In this document: positions 41,394 to 53,841 of the stretch, piece by piece
How positions within the stretch are numbered: the stretch's first letter is position 1
Layout of the letters: each line of letters opens with the position of its first letter
Source of the DNA: Heptranchias perlo
Taxonomy: Eukaryota
DNA length: 64,000 nucleotides
Assembly: GCF_035084215.1 (NCBI RefSeq)
Contig: NC_090343.1
Coordinates: 25,048,001 to 25,112,000, forward strand
Reading direction: 5' to 3'
The notes under the pieces: model-generated
Databases searched by the model: none
What the model was told of the DNA's origin: nothing
The model's input: the letters and a program-made list of their open reading frames with translations, nothing else
Translations under genes and position numbers: made by a program

Positions 41394-41686
41394 ATGGCTG
41401 CATTCACCACTACATCCGAGGACGAGCAACATCACCAGCCTCGCCAGACACGGCGTCCACCTCTGCCACTTGAAGCTCCACAACACAGTGTTGCGCCACA
41501 GGCACCTGCACAAAAGCACAGAGCGCAACAACAGAGAGGGGTGCCGCTTGAGAAGGTCCATTCATATCTGCCACCCACATGGAGGAGGAGGAGATGGAGG
41601 AGGAAGAGGAACCCATGGGAAGAGCAGCGGCTCACCTGGCTGCTCGTGAGGCCAGGGAGTCACTGATATGTGAATGGTTCTCCTAA
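41394..41686 (+). pseudogene. Harbinger transposase remnant: N-terminal leader fused to C-terminal tail, catalytic core deleted
   Basis: MAAFTTTSEDEQHHQPRQ...QQRG, homologous to the leader at 51920-52060, runs directly into VPLE.../MEEEEMEEEEEPMGRAAAHLAAREARESLICEWFS*. Confidence 0.75.
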
Positions 41687-42003
41687 CATCAGAAAGTGTG
41701 AATGGTCCAGTCCTCACACCACCTGGAAAGAGCAGCGCCCACACCAGGCCGCCCACCTCTCCCTGCACAAAACAGCCCTGCAACTACTCATACACCCACT
41801 GTAAAGTGACCCAATGAGTGGCATCAAGTGTCACTGTTCATGGTGAACCTTATGAAAGGGCCCTATCACAAAAGCCAGTCAAGAATGGGCAAGACATGGC
41901 AGCAGTGGTGACAATCATAAAATTTACTATCACTTTAACAAAAACTAAATATAAATGAAAAACATGACAGTCTGTCAAACACCTTTGTGCATACTCTTTG
42001 TGC

Positions 42004-43906
42004 TCACAAAACTTTCGCCTTTCTCTTATGACTACTTCTACGTGGTGCATCCCCTGTGGCTGCAGCAGATGTAGTGGCAGGTTGCTCATGTTCATGCCCT
42101 GACTGCTTAGATGCTTTGGGTCTACGCCTTCTGGGTTCTGGAGCACTTGAGAGCCCCTCCAAAGACTGCTCTACCTGTACCTGTGCAGGGCCAGACTCGG
42201 CCACCTGGAGAGGAGGCAGCATTGCGGGTACTCTTTGAGAGGGGGGCAACGGGTGAGACGTGGGAGCGCTTTGAGCGGCGTCCCCACTTCCATGTCCCCT
42301 TTCGCCAACTTCACTCCCCTGGGCCAAGGCCACAACACTCCTACCACTCTGCTGGACAACAGTTTGGAGGACATGTGTGATGCCTTGTAAGGCCAGTGCT
42401 AGTGTATCTGTCTGCTAGCTTAAGACGGCAGAACGTTGTTCAGCCTGAGTCCGAACGGCTGTTGTCTGGGCCTGAATGGACTCATTTGTGAGTCGTGCTT
42501 GAAGCTCAATGGAGGCTAGCCTTCTTTCCATCACAGACATTCCCGCACTTACCTGTAACAGTATCTCAGAGAGTTGCTCATGTCCCTGTGACACTATCTC
42601 AGAGATTCCTTCCGGTACCTGTGCTACCATTCCACTGATGCAGGAGTTGGACTTCTCCATCCTCTGCGCTATTGTGGAGAGTGTGCCTGGCACCTGTTCC
42701 AGTACCTCGCAAATGTGCTGCTGTCCCTCGATCATTCTCCTTTTAAAGGATGGTCCCCAGTGTTCCGCATTTGTGTCTAGCTGAGCAGAGCCTGGACAGG
42801 AATGCTCCCACCGACGCGGACTCTCCACAGCTGCTCCTGCCACCAGTGTCGGCTCGTGCTCACATGTGTGTGGTAATTCACCAGGTGCCAACCCAACTAA
42901 CTGAGGAGAAGGACTCACCAAGGTGTGAGTATCTGCACTGGTGGATGGCTCGCTAAGATGTGACGGTGCACCCTCAGAGGCCGGCAGGTCCTCTGAGGAA
43001 TTGCCCTCTGCCGTCACAGCGGCCGCTAAACGCCCTGTAAGAGAACAGAAGGCAATATTAAGCATCATCACAGATGTGTCATGTTGCGATGAGCATACTG
43101 AGGTGCTGAAGATGGCAAGGCATGTTAACATCAATGCATATTGAGTGTGATGAATGTTAAAGTTGTGTCACCAGACGATTGTGGTTGCCAGTCTCAGCGT
43201 CTCCGACGGACAGGCACTCGAGGGTTCGGCTGAGCTCCAGCGCCTCCTGCTCCGCACCTGTAAGGAAGACGATTTGTTGTGGCCCCCCTCTGGTCTTTGC
43301 CCTCTCCCGTGCATTTTGCACTCTCTTCTCCTAGAAGGGGAGAAAGAACAGACGTGTGAGTGAGTGATGATGAAGTGGCCAACCGATGAATGCATTGGTT
43401 TGGGTGAGGCTGACCTTGAAAGCGATGCATCAGAGGGTGAATATGAGACATAGCCATGACATTGGATGAGGATTGGGTTGAGTGGTAGTGGTAGGGTGAG
43501 TAATGGGGAGGTGAGGAAGTGCTGAGGAAGTGCAGGTAAGTTGAGGATGAGCCTTAAGTGGGTGTGAGGAGTGATGTGATAGAGTAATGTTGGCTGTGCA
43601 GAATGAGTTGGGGGTGGGGGCAGTGATGTGGAAAACGGAATGTAGGAGAATAAATAAGTGTACTCACTTTGGCTGACCTAGTTAGGTCATTGAAGCGCTT
43701 CCTGCACTGGACCCAGGTGCGCGAGATGTTGCCGCTGCTAGTGACCTCCTCTGCCACCTCGAGCCAGGCCTTCTTGATGGCAGAGGCAGGCCACTTCCTC
43801 CTGTCTGCCGGGTAAAACAAATCTCTCCTCCTCCTCACTCCATCCAGAAGCCCCTGGAGTGAGGCAACATTGAATCTGAAGCAGCCTTGCCCCTGTGCTG
43901 CTCCAT
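42004..43906 (-). pseudogene. Harbinger Myb/SANT-like gene, 3 exons (43906-43668, 43330-43172, 43034-42004), frameshifted
   Basis: MEQHRGKAA/RFNVASLQGLLDGVRRRRDLFYP...KKAWLEVAEEV...RTWVQCRKRFNDLTRSAK; donor gtgagt, acceptors cttctag and cttacag; frameshifts in all three exons. Confidence 0.82.
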
Positions 43907-44499
43907 TGTGGTGTGTGGGTGTTGGCTCTAGAAAAAGCCATTGGAGGGCTCTCCCTTTAAGTAGAGCTCCTCCAGCTGACAGCCTGTGATGTGGGTGTGC
44001 AGTCCGCCCGCTGCGCAGCTTTCGGACGGCAAACCCGGAAGCCACGTTTAGTGGCACCAATTGAATCATGATTGGATGGGGAGTGGACATTTTTTATTGG
44101 GCAGGTTACCCGCACGGCCATTCACCCCCCGCTGTCATCTCGCCTCCACTCTAATATTGGGGCCTAGATGTCAAGAATCCACAGGTGTCCCTTGTATCCA
44201 GAATTGCTAAAGTGGAAATGGAGGCAAATGCATCACGAGATGTATTTCCCTCATTGGCATAGCATTGTAATAAGCCTTCTGTTTAACTATGTTAGTTCTA
44301 ATGAAGTGGAAAAACAGGGGAGGGGAATTTGACCTCAAATAGCCTATTACACATTGACTTCTCCTAGCAGTTTTCTGGCAGAAAGGTAAGTGGTCTCCAG
44401 TCCCAGTCAGTCTGAGATTTGACAGTGTTGTTTTGAGTGTACCTGTAATCTCTTAAAAGATACACCATTTAAAATAAATACTTAAAATTCTTAAAAGAA

Positions 44500-44780
44500 A
44501 AAGAAATAAGGGGTCAGCCATTTAGGACTGAGATGAGGAAACATTTCTTCACTCAGAGGGTTGTGAATCTTTGGAATTCTCTATCCCAGAGGGCTGTGGA
44601 TACTCAGTTGTTGAGTATATTCAAAACTGTGATCGATAGATTTTTGGACACTAAGGAAATCAAGGGATATGGGGATAGGGCGGGAAAGTGGAGTTGAGGT
44701 AGAAGATCAGCCATGATCTTATTGAATGGCAGAGCAGGCATGAGGGGCCGTATGGCCTACTCCATTTCTTACGTTTCTTA
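44500..44780 (+). mobile_element. CR1 3' fragment
   Basis: FRTEMRKHFFTQRVVNLWNSL plus 3' UTR. Confidence 0.85.
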
Positions 44781-45977
44781 TCACACGAAAACACTATCAT
44801 ATCAGGATCAAATGACACCCTCCCCTCCCTCCTAACAAAGCAAATAATATCTCTCATTACCATTAATAAATGAACTGTGATAGAGGCACCCCTGATTACT
44901 CATTTAGTAAATTTGCTAAACATATTGCGGTATTGAGTGGTACAGGTGACTATGTCATAGTTAACATAGCCCACTCCACACAGTCTTCTGTTAGGAGACA
45001 ACCTGCATTGCACTGCAATATTGTATTCCCAAATATAAGTATATAGCACAAGTGTACATGTTCTTTGATGGTCTAGGGAAACTTACCCAATAGCAATCAG
45101 AAATGCACTTTCAAATCTGGCTTTGTGGCTACCTCAAAATGTAGATCTCTAAAACCATTTTCAAAGCTAAATTCGAAAGAAAATGTAATTCTCACTCTAC
45201 CAGTTAGTGGAAATACTTATGTAAGATTTAACAATTGTCTTTCAGATTCATTACCATCATAAAACTATTACATACTATTAGTACAGTTTAGCTATTTGAA
45301 AGCAGTTAAAGTATTTATTAGAGTTGCATACAAAAGAATGCCTTAGTAACAATTAGTTGCCGTATATCCATCACTGAATTGATTTATTACTGCCTTAAAA
45401 TATATAGCACGCCACTTCTTATGAAAATGCTTCAAGGCACTCCACATACAACTTAGTGATGCCAACAAGGCATTTGTAGCTTAATAAAGGATTTGCACAT
45501 CTTTCACAAGTGATAAATCAAGCTCATTTCTCTGCTGTCTGTCCACGGCATTCATAAAAAGTAGCAGAAGCCAGCGTGCCTTTGTCCTGGCTTGTACCCT
45601 CCATGGACTGCTGAAAGCATCCCCTGTGCAGGCAGGTTGTTTGGTACCTTTTAAGTGCCTGAACAAACATAAATAGTCAGATAAATGTGAATATGACTGC
45701 TGAATTACTTGTGGAGAATGGATGCCCCAGTGGCAGGCAAGCACAGCTTGTGGATGCGATTGGCAATCTTTGGCTCAGCAGGCTTTGGAACTATCAAAGT
45801 CTGTGCATAGGAAATGATGCCCTAGCAAGTCAATGGGGTGTCCCCTATTTAATATACAGTTAAGGAGGCTCAAGAAAATTCAGTGACCAAGAAAGTCACC
45901 AAGGCGAGTGACTGAAGTGCACCTGGTAATGTAGAATGAGCCCATCTTTGCTCAGCGTATGAAATTAAAAGCATCCT

Positions 45978-46099
45978 GGGAGTAATTTTAACCTAATTTG
46001 TCAGGCTTCAATTGAGAGTAAATTCGGGTGGGGTGCAAAAGTAGCGTTGCACCCGATCCCGTCAGTTTTCCGATGGGCAGTTGGGTTAAAAGTGCCCCC
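45978..46099. mobile_element. 122-bp Harbinger-type MITE
   Basis: TIRs gggagtaattttaacc / rc gggggcacttttaacc; TSD CCT (45975-77, 46100-02). Confidence 0.8.
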
Positions 46100-46100
46100 C

Positions 46101-46274
46101 CTAGCCTGGAATTGGAGAGGACAAAAGGCCCCAAGGTGTTTTCATCTATTTGTACCATTATATTTTGAAAGGATTGGCTTTAATATATCCACTTTGTGAT
46201 GGTAATTATAAGTAATTTAAACTTTTAGATGATTTAGACAATCACTTTTCTCAAGCAACATACTGTTCATACTC
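46101..46274 (+). repeat. 174-bp perfect direct repeat, copy 1
   Basis: ctagcctgga...tactgttcatactc is identical base for base to 47351-47524. Confidence 0.97.
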
Positions 46275-46658
46275 TAAAGCCACAGGTGATAAATATGGCG
46301 TGCCCTCAAGGAAAAAGCACAAGAAAGTGAAACTGTCATCACCAAAGGCTGACCAAAGAGAGGGGTTTGTAAATTGTGAATGAACGAGCGCAGATCATAT
46401 ATCCTCCTCATCTCAAAAAGCAGCAGAAACTTGTCTTGAAGAATATAAATCTTCATAGAAGGCAACAGCAAGGCATGCATCACAAAGTTCTTTTTAGTGA
46501 AATGAAAAGTTTTTAAAACACTGCATTTTAGTTGCTTTTTAGTCACATGCAAATTCTTTGTGGACAAATACTAAAAGAAACACATCTGTAACTGCAATGC
46601 TCAGAAACCATCAGCTCGTCTTAAAACCTTTGCCTCAAGTTTGTGCATAAACAATAGT

Positions 46659-47350
46659 GGGAGAAAAAAATTGGTCCATATTAACAACTACCAAACCCGT
46701 TTTTCTTGTGATATGCCAGCAAGCTGACACGTGACATGAAACATTAACCCCATGCCTGCCGGTGAGCTCTGTGTGGGAGCCGGCCAATTTCCCACAGCCA
46801 GCAAGCTACAGCGGGGCATCCATTTGACTCTTGTAACTCGCCGGCGGCATTCAATTGAGGCTCAAACCTGAAAATGATTTGGGCCTCTCGATGCTGGCTT
46901 TGGCTGAGCGGCACTGTCACTCCGCTAATTTCGTGTGCATTTTGGGTGGAAGTCCATGATCCACCTCTATATTTTAATGGTTAATTGTTTTGTCCCTGAA
47001 ACACACAAATTCAGGGCTGTGGTTACTTTAAGAAGCACTCGCAGAGTTGTGCTCATACTGCACGGCCCCTCCAGCTCACATCCCACACAATGGCACAACT
47101 CAGTGATCATCTCCCTGGATAAGCACATGTATTTTACGCAGCTGCCCTGTCATCATTTCCAGGTAGTTGGTTCTGAGTTGGTGAATGCATTGCTGTAGCT
47201 GTCCAATGCCAGGGTTCGATATAGTCTGCAATCCCAACTCCAGTTGAAATTTGAGCAGGGAGAAGCAGAAGGCAACTCTTGTATGCAGCGGCAGTTGAAG
47301 CTGCTGCAACATATATCATTACTGGGTTTATCATCAAATGACAGCATTTA
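46659..47350 (-). mobile_element. Truncated old Harbinger relic within the segment between the direct repeats
   Basis: Minus strand ~47130-46995 reads CLSREMITELCHCVGCELEGPCSMSTTLRVLLKVTTALNLCVSG, preceded by IHQLRTNYLEM. TIR-like gggagaaaaaaattgg at ~46659. Confidence 0.7.
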
Positions 47351-47524
47351 CTAGCCTGGAATTGGAGAGGACAAAAGGCCCCAAGGTGTTTTCATCTATT
47401 TGTACCATTATATTTTGAAAGGATTGGCTTTAATATATCCACTTTGTGATGGTAATTATAAGTAATTTAAACTTTTAGATGATTTAGACAATCACTTTTC
47501 TCAAGCAACATACTGTTCATACTC
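47351..47524 (+). repeat. 174-bp perfect direct repeat, copy 2
   Basis: Identical to 46101-46274; offset 1250 bp. Confidence 0.97.
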
Positions 47525-49159
47525 GTATGTTCAAAGGAACTGAACAGTGTACTGCTTCAGGAAATATTCTTCATAGTTAACTTATAGTGAAGCATTCCAT
47601 TCTTCAACAACTACAAGCAAAATCAAATATAAACAAAGCTCAAAAATGAAATCTTTGTATCAGATGCTGAAGGCACAGAGAACTAATATGGAGGAATGAT
47701 TCTGGATTTTACTTGTCCTTCTTCTGACAACTAAAAATCATAGATGGGATTTTCTGCTCTGGCGGCAGGATGGGCTTTCAAATGCCTCTGCATAAGTTCG
47801 AAATCTTGCAAGGTATTTGCTGATTTTCTTCTCAACATTTCAGTTTAAGAATTTCACAACAAAGCCACATTCATGACATGAAACTTCTTTTGTTAAAGTA
47901 CCTCAAATTATTCAAGTGGTACCATTTTGACTGAGTTTGTGCTTTGCTACAATGGAAAAAGTTCCAATTCAATTTTCACTTATTAATCAGCAGCTATATT
48001 GCCATGCAATTCCCATTTCTATGACAACAAATGAATCAGAAGTAAATTCCTTTAAATTGCAAAATTGGTCTAGTCAGGATAATTTTATATGTTTACCCAA
48101 TACATACTGCTACTTTAATGTTACTTACTATAGTCAATGTACAAACTGCTTATAGATAGAATGCAAGGAAAAGTAAGAGGGCTGAGGAATTAATGAATCA
48201 ATCCTTGTGTTTGCATTCCAAGAGCTGCCTGCTGATTTAAAACTCAGATCATCTTTATTATTGAGAATTTAAATATTGTTTAGTTCTTGTGACATCAGAA
48301 AATCTCAAGAGGTCAGAGTCAGATCTATATTTGGCAGTTAGGACTTGAGTTTATTTTAAGAATGCTGCTCTTTTGTTCTGGCCTTTTCTGTTAGTAATAA
48401 ATTGGAATTTAACATCATAATTTTTCATTTTGATTAACTCACTTTCACTGAATTTAGAATATATTAACCACCCCAAATGTCCTTATTAGAAGTTAGTAAA
48501 TTCTAGCCAGCAAATCAGGATTTTGGGTGCGAGTCAGCTACATACTAAATACAAGATATTGTAGGGGATACAACACACCACTGTCTCATACAATGCTCTT
48601 CAAATTCATAGCTTTTATTTACCTACTTGGATGTCCTTTTACGGGAACTTAGGAGACATAACAGAGGGCAGACAGGCATTATGAAAATGTTTATCTTGGC
48701 TTTATTCACTGACACTGACTTGTGTTGTATGCCCATGGATTTCCTGAGCAACAACACGTCCACTGCCATGGGTTTTATATGCTTAGAGGACAGAAGTAAT
48801 AACAAATGCTACAAGATGAAGAACTGAAGCACGAGATGCAGCTGACTAGGAAATCGGGTAAGATGGGAAAAGGGCAACCAGGACAAGCCAAGAATAAAGG
48901 CTTTTGTCTTAAAGTAGCTAAAATAATATTTTCTTTTATTTTCTTGTTTAGGCTATTAAAGTTACCTTTAAAAACTATTGCAAAAATATTTGAAATAGTT
49001 TAAATATGATGATAAATAACAAAATGATTACACGATTTAGTCCATGACAAACATTCTCCCAATATAAATTTAACAGCACTTTCTCAACTCAGCTGATAAT
49101 TGAATGGGTATAAAAATGTATCCTTCCTGTCCTAGTTCGGTTCCTCTCTCTATGTTTTA

Positions 49160-49515
49160 GTGTCAGCTTAGCTCAGTTGGTAGCATCCTCACCTCTGAGT
49201 CAGAAGATTGTGGTTCCATGCCCCACCTCAGGACTTGAGCATATAATTTAGGCTGATAGTTCAGTGCAGCACTGAGATAGTACTGGATTCAGATGGATGT
49301 AAAAGATCCCATGGCACTATTCAAAGAATATTCCAACAGGCCAGCATTCTTCCTTCATCTACACCACCAGTAAAAGTTTAACTGGTTATTTGTCTATTTG
49401 GTATTTGCAGGACTTTGCTGTGTGCAAATTGACTGAATTAATTCATTGGACATGAATTGCTTTGGGATATCTTGAGGATGTGCTCAGGTGCTATATAAAT
49501 GCAAGACCTTTCTTC
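49160..49515 (+). mobile_element. DeuSINE/SacSINE-like SINE
   Basis: tRNA head gctcagttggtagc...cctctgagtcagaag; tail ctatataaatgcaagacctttc. Confidence 0.8.
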
Positions 49516-50069
49516 ATATGTTGCAGTTCAGTGTCAGCATATAGATAGGAATATGAATCACTTTTGTTTGCCCTATCTTTGCTCAGGCATGTGCTTCATG
49601 CTGTTTGGATTTGTTTTGCTCGTCATTCCATTGTAGTGTAAACAGGGAAGCTCAGAGGTACTGTAGCTGGTGTAAATTATACTGGACCAATTCCAGTTCT
49701 AGCATAAACTGGGCTTAGGGAAGCCTCTTCAAATTCTCAACCTTAGTGCAGAAGAAATGGTGCTGCATGAAAGAACTGATCAAATTAAATACACTGGAGT
49801 TTGGTATCATTTGTGTCTGAGACTTGTTTTGCTTCTAAAATGTGTTATTTTATATTCCCCCCATAATAATAATTTAATATGAAATTTCCACCAATCATAT
49901 TGCTATGGGTGGTAATTCTTGAAAATTGTTTACAGTACTTGTACCATCATTGCAAGTATAGTTCAATCCTATTATCAAGATGCAATAGAGAGTTAGAAGG
50001 GTTACTGACCAAACAAGATTCAACTCATGAAATCTTTCCATCTCCCATTAAATATTTAACCTTGAGAAT

Positions 50070-50852
50070 GAGGAAGTGCCAGTAGACTGCAAATAGGCTA
50101 ATATGGCGCCCATATTAAAAAAAGGTGACAAAACAGAACACAGGCAACTATAGTCCATTGGTCTTACTTCAATTCCATGTAACATAATGGAATCATTATC
50201 AGGAGTAATCTTGAGGATTATTTGTACAACAGCAACCTAGTAAACACCTGCCAACACAGCTTTGGACAGGAAAGATTCTGTTTGAACAAACCTCTTTGAT
50301 TTCATTGAGGAAATGACAACCCAAGTCAACTATGGTAAACCCTATGAAGTTGTATACATAGACTTCCAAAAGGCGTTTAATAAAGTTTCACACGAAAGGT
50401 TAATAATTAAGCTCAAAGCTGTGGGCATTCAGGACAAACTTGGGTATGGATAATAAACTGGCTGAAGGGTAGAAAACAACAGGTACTGGTTAGTATGGGG
50501 TGCTCCAAGACTCAGTGTTAGGAGCATTACTGTTTCTAATTTACATAAATGACTTGAATTTGAATTTCATCGCAAATCGGTTAAATTTGCATGATACCAG
50601 ATGCACTGTTATCAATGGAGGCAGGCCAGAAACAACAAAATGAGCTAAATAAAATATGTGAGTGGCTGAACAATGTAGATGAAATTTAATGTACATAAGT
50701 GTAAAATATTGCACATTGGAAGAAAAAATGGGCAACATGCACACCTCATGAATGGAGTTGAAATGGCTAAGGATGAAGTTGAAAGAGACCTAAGAATCAT
50801 AGTAGACTCAATGCTCAGCATATCCAGCCAATAGAGAGCAGCAATCAACAAA
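50070..50852 (+). mobile_element. Old degenerate CR1 RT fragment
   Basis: YIDFQKAFNKVSH and LLFLIYINDL motifs, with many disruptions. Confidence 0.8.
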
Positions 50853-51373
50853 TGATTACAGCACAGAAGGAGACCATTCAGCCCATCGAGCCCATGCCGG
50901 CTTTTTGTAAGAGCAATCAGACAGTCCCATTCCCCCGCTCTTTCCCCGTTGCCCTGCAATTTTTTTCCCTTCAAGTATTTATCCAATTCCTTTTTGAAAG
51001 TCACGATTGAATCTGCTTCCACCACCGTTTCAGGCACCGCATTCCAGATCATAACTACTTGCTGCGTAAAAAAGTTTTTCCTCATGTTGCCTTTGGTTCT
51101 TATGTCAATCACCATAAATCTGTGTCCTCTGGTTCTCGACCCTTCCGCCAATGGGAACAGTTTCTCTTTGTTTACATTATCTAAACCCATCATGATTTTG
51201 AACATTTCTATCAAATCTCCTCTCAACATTCTCTGGTCTGAGGAGAACAACCCCAGCATCTCCAGCCTATCCACATAACTGAAGTCCCTGGAACCATTCT
51301 AGGAAATCGTTTCTGCACCCTCTCTAAGGCCTTCATATCCTTCCTAAGTGCGGTGCCCAGAATTGGACACAAT

Positions 51374-53424
51374 GGGCTCGATTTTAGGGTCGGGTTACCT
51401 GCGGGTTTCCAGCGGGGGGGCCCCGAAAATCCCGATCTCCGGTCACGTGACCGGATCGCGACGAAATCCCGGCCACTTCCGGGTACCGCGCTGACGTGCG
51501 GGGCTGCGCGCGCAAGCCCCGCTGGTGGGAATCCCGCAGGCAATTAAAGCCAGCGGGGTTCCACTTGAGAGTACTTAACTTGCTCGTTGTGGTCAGTTAA
51601 TGAGCTGAAGCAGCTGTCAAAAGAGGAAGTGTGGGATTTTAGGTTCAAGGCAGTGAGTTTCCCACACTGGGGGAAACAGTCTCCATCCAACCAGGCGTGT
51701 TGCAGCCAGCAGCCTGTGGCAGGTGCCAAGGTGCGCTCCAGGGGGGAGAGCCCTCACCCACGCAGGATGCCACCGCGTCACATAGGGCAACCCCTGCCCT
51801 CCACCACCCCCCGCCAAGCCAGAGGACAGACCGACACGAGACCGCAGCCCCAGTCCGAGGAACCACACACCTACCCTGCACAACCCCTCAGACCAACACC
51901 TGCCAGTTGGGTGGTGTGTGGACACCCTCGGAGGACGAAGAGCATGACCAGCACCAGCAGCCTCGCAGTCCACGCCGTCCGCCGCAGAGACGTGGATCCC
52001 CCCAACACGGTGTTGTTGCACGCCCACCTGCACAGCAGGAGGGAGGGCTACCGCAGAGAGAGACGCGTCGCAGAGGGCACTACCCTCGCCACAGGGTCCA
52101 CAGACCGAGGCGCAGCTCCCCGGACCTCTCCGAGCAGCAGTGCACAGGGAGGCGCAGATTCGCTCGACATGTAGTCGTGGAGATCTGCAGCCTCTTTCAT
52201 GCCGAGCTGCTCCTGGCTGGCCCCAGCACCAACTGCTTACCTGTCACTGGCAAAGTCACCACTGCCCTCCACACCTTCTCCTCCGCATCCTTCCAGGGTG
52301 CAGCCGGCTACACCGCCGATGTCTCTCAGTCGTCTGCGCGGACGAGCCCTGCAAATACATCTGCACCTACTCTGCAGTAACACGATGGGTGGCATCAGTG
52401 GTGGGTCCTCATAGTGATACCCAGGAGCGGGCATTATTGGACACAACGGACAGGATTCGCGGAGACATGGCAGTGGTAGTGTCAATGTAATGTGTGCTGT
52501 TTGTTGCTCTGAAATTCAATATGGGTAACACCCATGACAAACCCTCAGACACCCTTGTGCACCCCCTTCATGCTGACGAGACGTTTGCCTTACGCTGCCT
52601 ACTGCACATATGTGATGCATGCCCTGTGGCTGCAGCACAGGTGGTGGCAGGTTGAGTGAGGCTGGCCGTGAGGGAGATGCACGAGAGGGTGAGTATGGGA
52701 TGGAGCCATGAGATTGTATGAGGATTGGGTTGCGTGTTAGTGGCAGGATGAGTACTGGCGAGGTGAGTAGGTGGAGGTAAGATGAGGACGGGGCGTGAGT
52801 GGGTATGAAGGGTGATGTGACAGAATAGTGTTGGCGGTGCTGAAGGAGATTTGGGGTGGGGGCAGTGTTGTGGCAGACGGAGTGTAGGGGAAAGACTTCG
52901 TGTTCTCACTGTGGCGGACCTACTGCGGTCATTGCAGCGCCTCCTGCACTGTATGCAGGTGGGCCATATGTTGGTGGCGCAGGTGACCCCCTCTGCCACC
53001 TCGAGCCAGGCCTTCTTGGTGGCAGAGGCAGGCCGCTTCCTCCCGCCCGCCGGGGGGAAGATCTGTGTCCTCCCCCTCCTCCTCACCCCATCTGATGATA
53101 GCTGGGGTGAGGCATCATTAAACTGGGAGCAGCCTTCCCCCTGGGCTGCTCCATGCTGCAATTTGTCCCATTGGTTGCAGCATCTGTCAGTGGAGGACTG
53201 CCCCTTTAACTAGAGAGCCTCCAGCTGACAGATCGTACTGCGCATGCGCAGCCCGACCGACGCGCAGGCCAGCGCCGTGGACCCCGGAGGAGCAGGTAAT
53301 TGATTCCGATTAGTGTGTTGCCTGCTACGATCGCGTGGGCAACCCAGTAATTTCGCCGTCCGCGTTTTCGACGCTCCCGGAGGACCACCCGCTGGGAACA
53401 CGCAGGCCTGCTAAATTCGAGCCT
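51374..53424. mobile_element. Non-autonomous PIF/Harbinger element, 2051 bp, CpG-rich
   Basis: TIRs gggctcgattttag / rc aggctcgaatttag; TSD AAT (51371-73, 53425-27) inside CR1. + strand transposase N-terminus (RVHRPR..DLSEQQC..LPVTGKVTTALHTFSSASFQG, 51920-52340); - strand Myb/SANT exon (KKAWLEVAEGV..CIQCRRRCND, 53154-52910). Confidence 0.92.
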
Positions 53425-53841
53425 AATGTTCCAGTTGTGGCCGAAACAGTGGTTATAAAGGTTCAACATAACTTCCTTGCTTTTGTACTCTATGCCTCTA
53501 TTTATAAAGCGTAGGATCCCGTATGCTTTTTTAACTGCTTTCTCAACCTGTCCTGCCACCTTCAAAATTTTGTGCACATATATCCCCAGGTCTCTCTGTT
53601 CCCGCACCTCCTTTAGAAATGTACCATTTAGTTTGTATTGCCTTTCCTCATTCTTCCTGCCAAAATGTATCACTTTGCACTTCTCGGTGTTAAATCTTAT
53701 CTGTCCATTCAAACAGCCTGTCTATTTCCTCTTGCAATCTCTTACTATCCTCCTCACTGTTTACTACACTTCCAGGCTTTGTGTCATCTGCAAATTTTGA
53801 AATTGTGCCTGTACACCCAAGTCCAAGTCATTAATATAATT

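Larger units (their letters stand above)
40855..44164. mobile_element. Non-autonomous PIF/Harbinger DNA transposon, ~3.3 kb
   Basis: Ends ggggtcaatttt / rc ggccccaatatt. TAG at 40853-55 and 44165-67 (left boundary +/-1). Convergent transposase remnant (+) and Myb/SANT gene (-). Confidence 0.88.

Noticed and set aside
46101-47524. LTR retrotransposon/TRIM interpretation of the 174-bp direct repeats
   Set aside because: The repeats begin CT and end TC (no TG..CA). There is no PBS, PPT, outer TSD or retroviral coding, and the interior holds a Harbinger relic.
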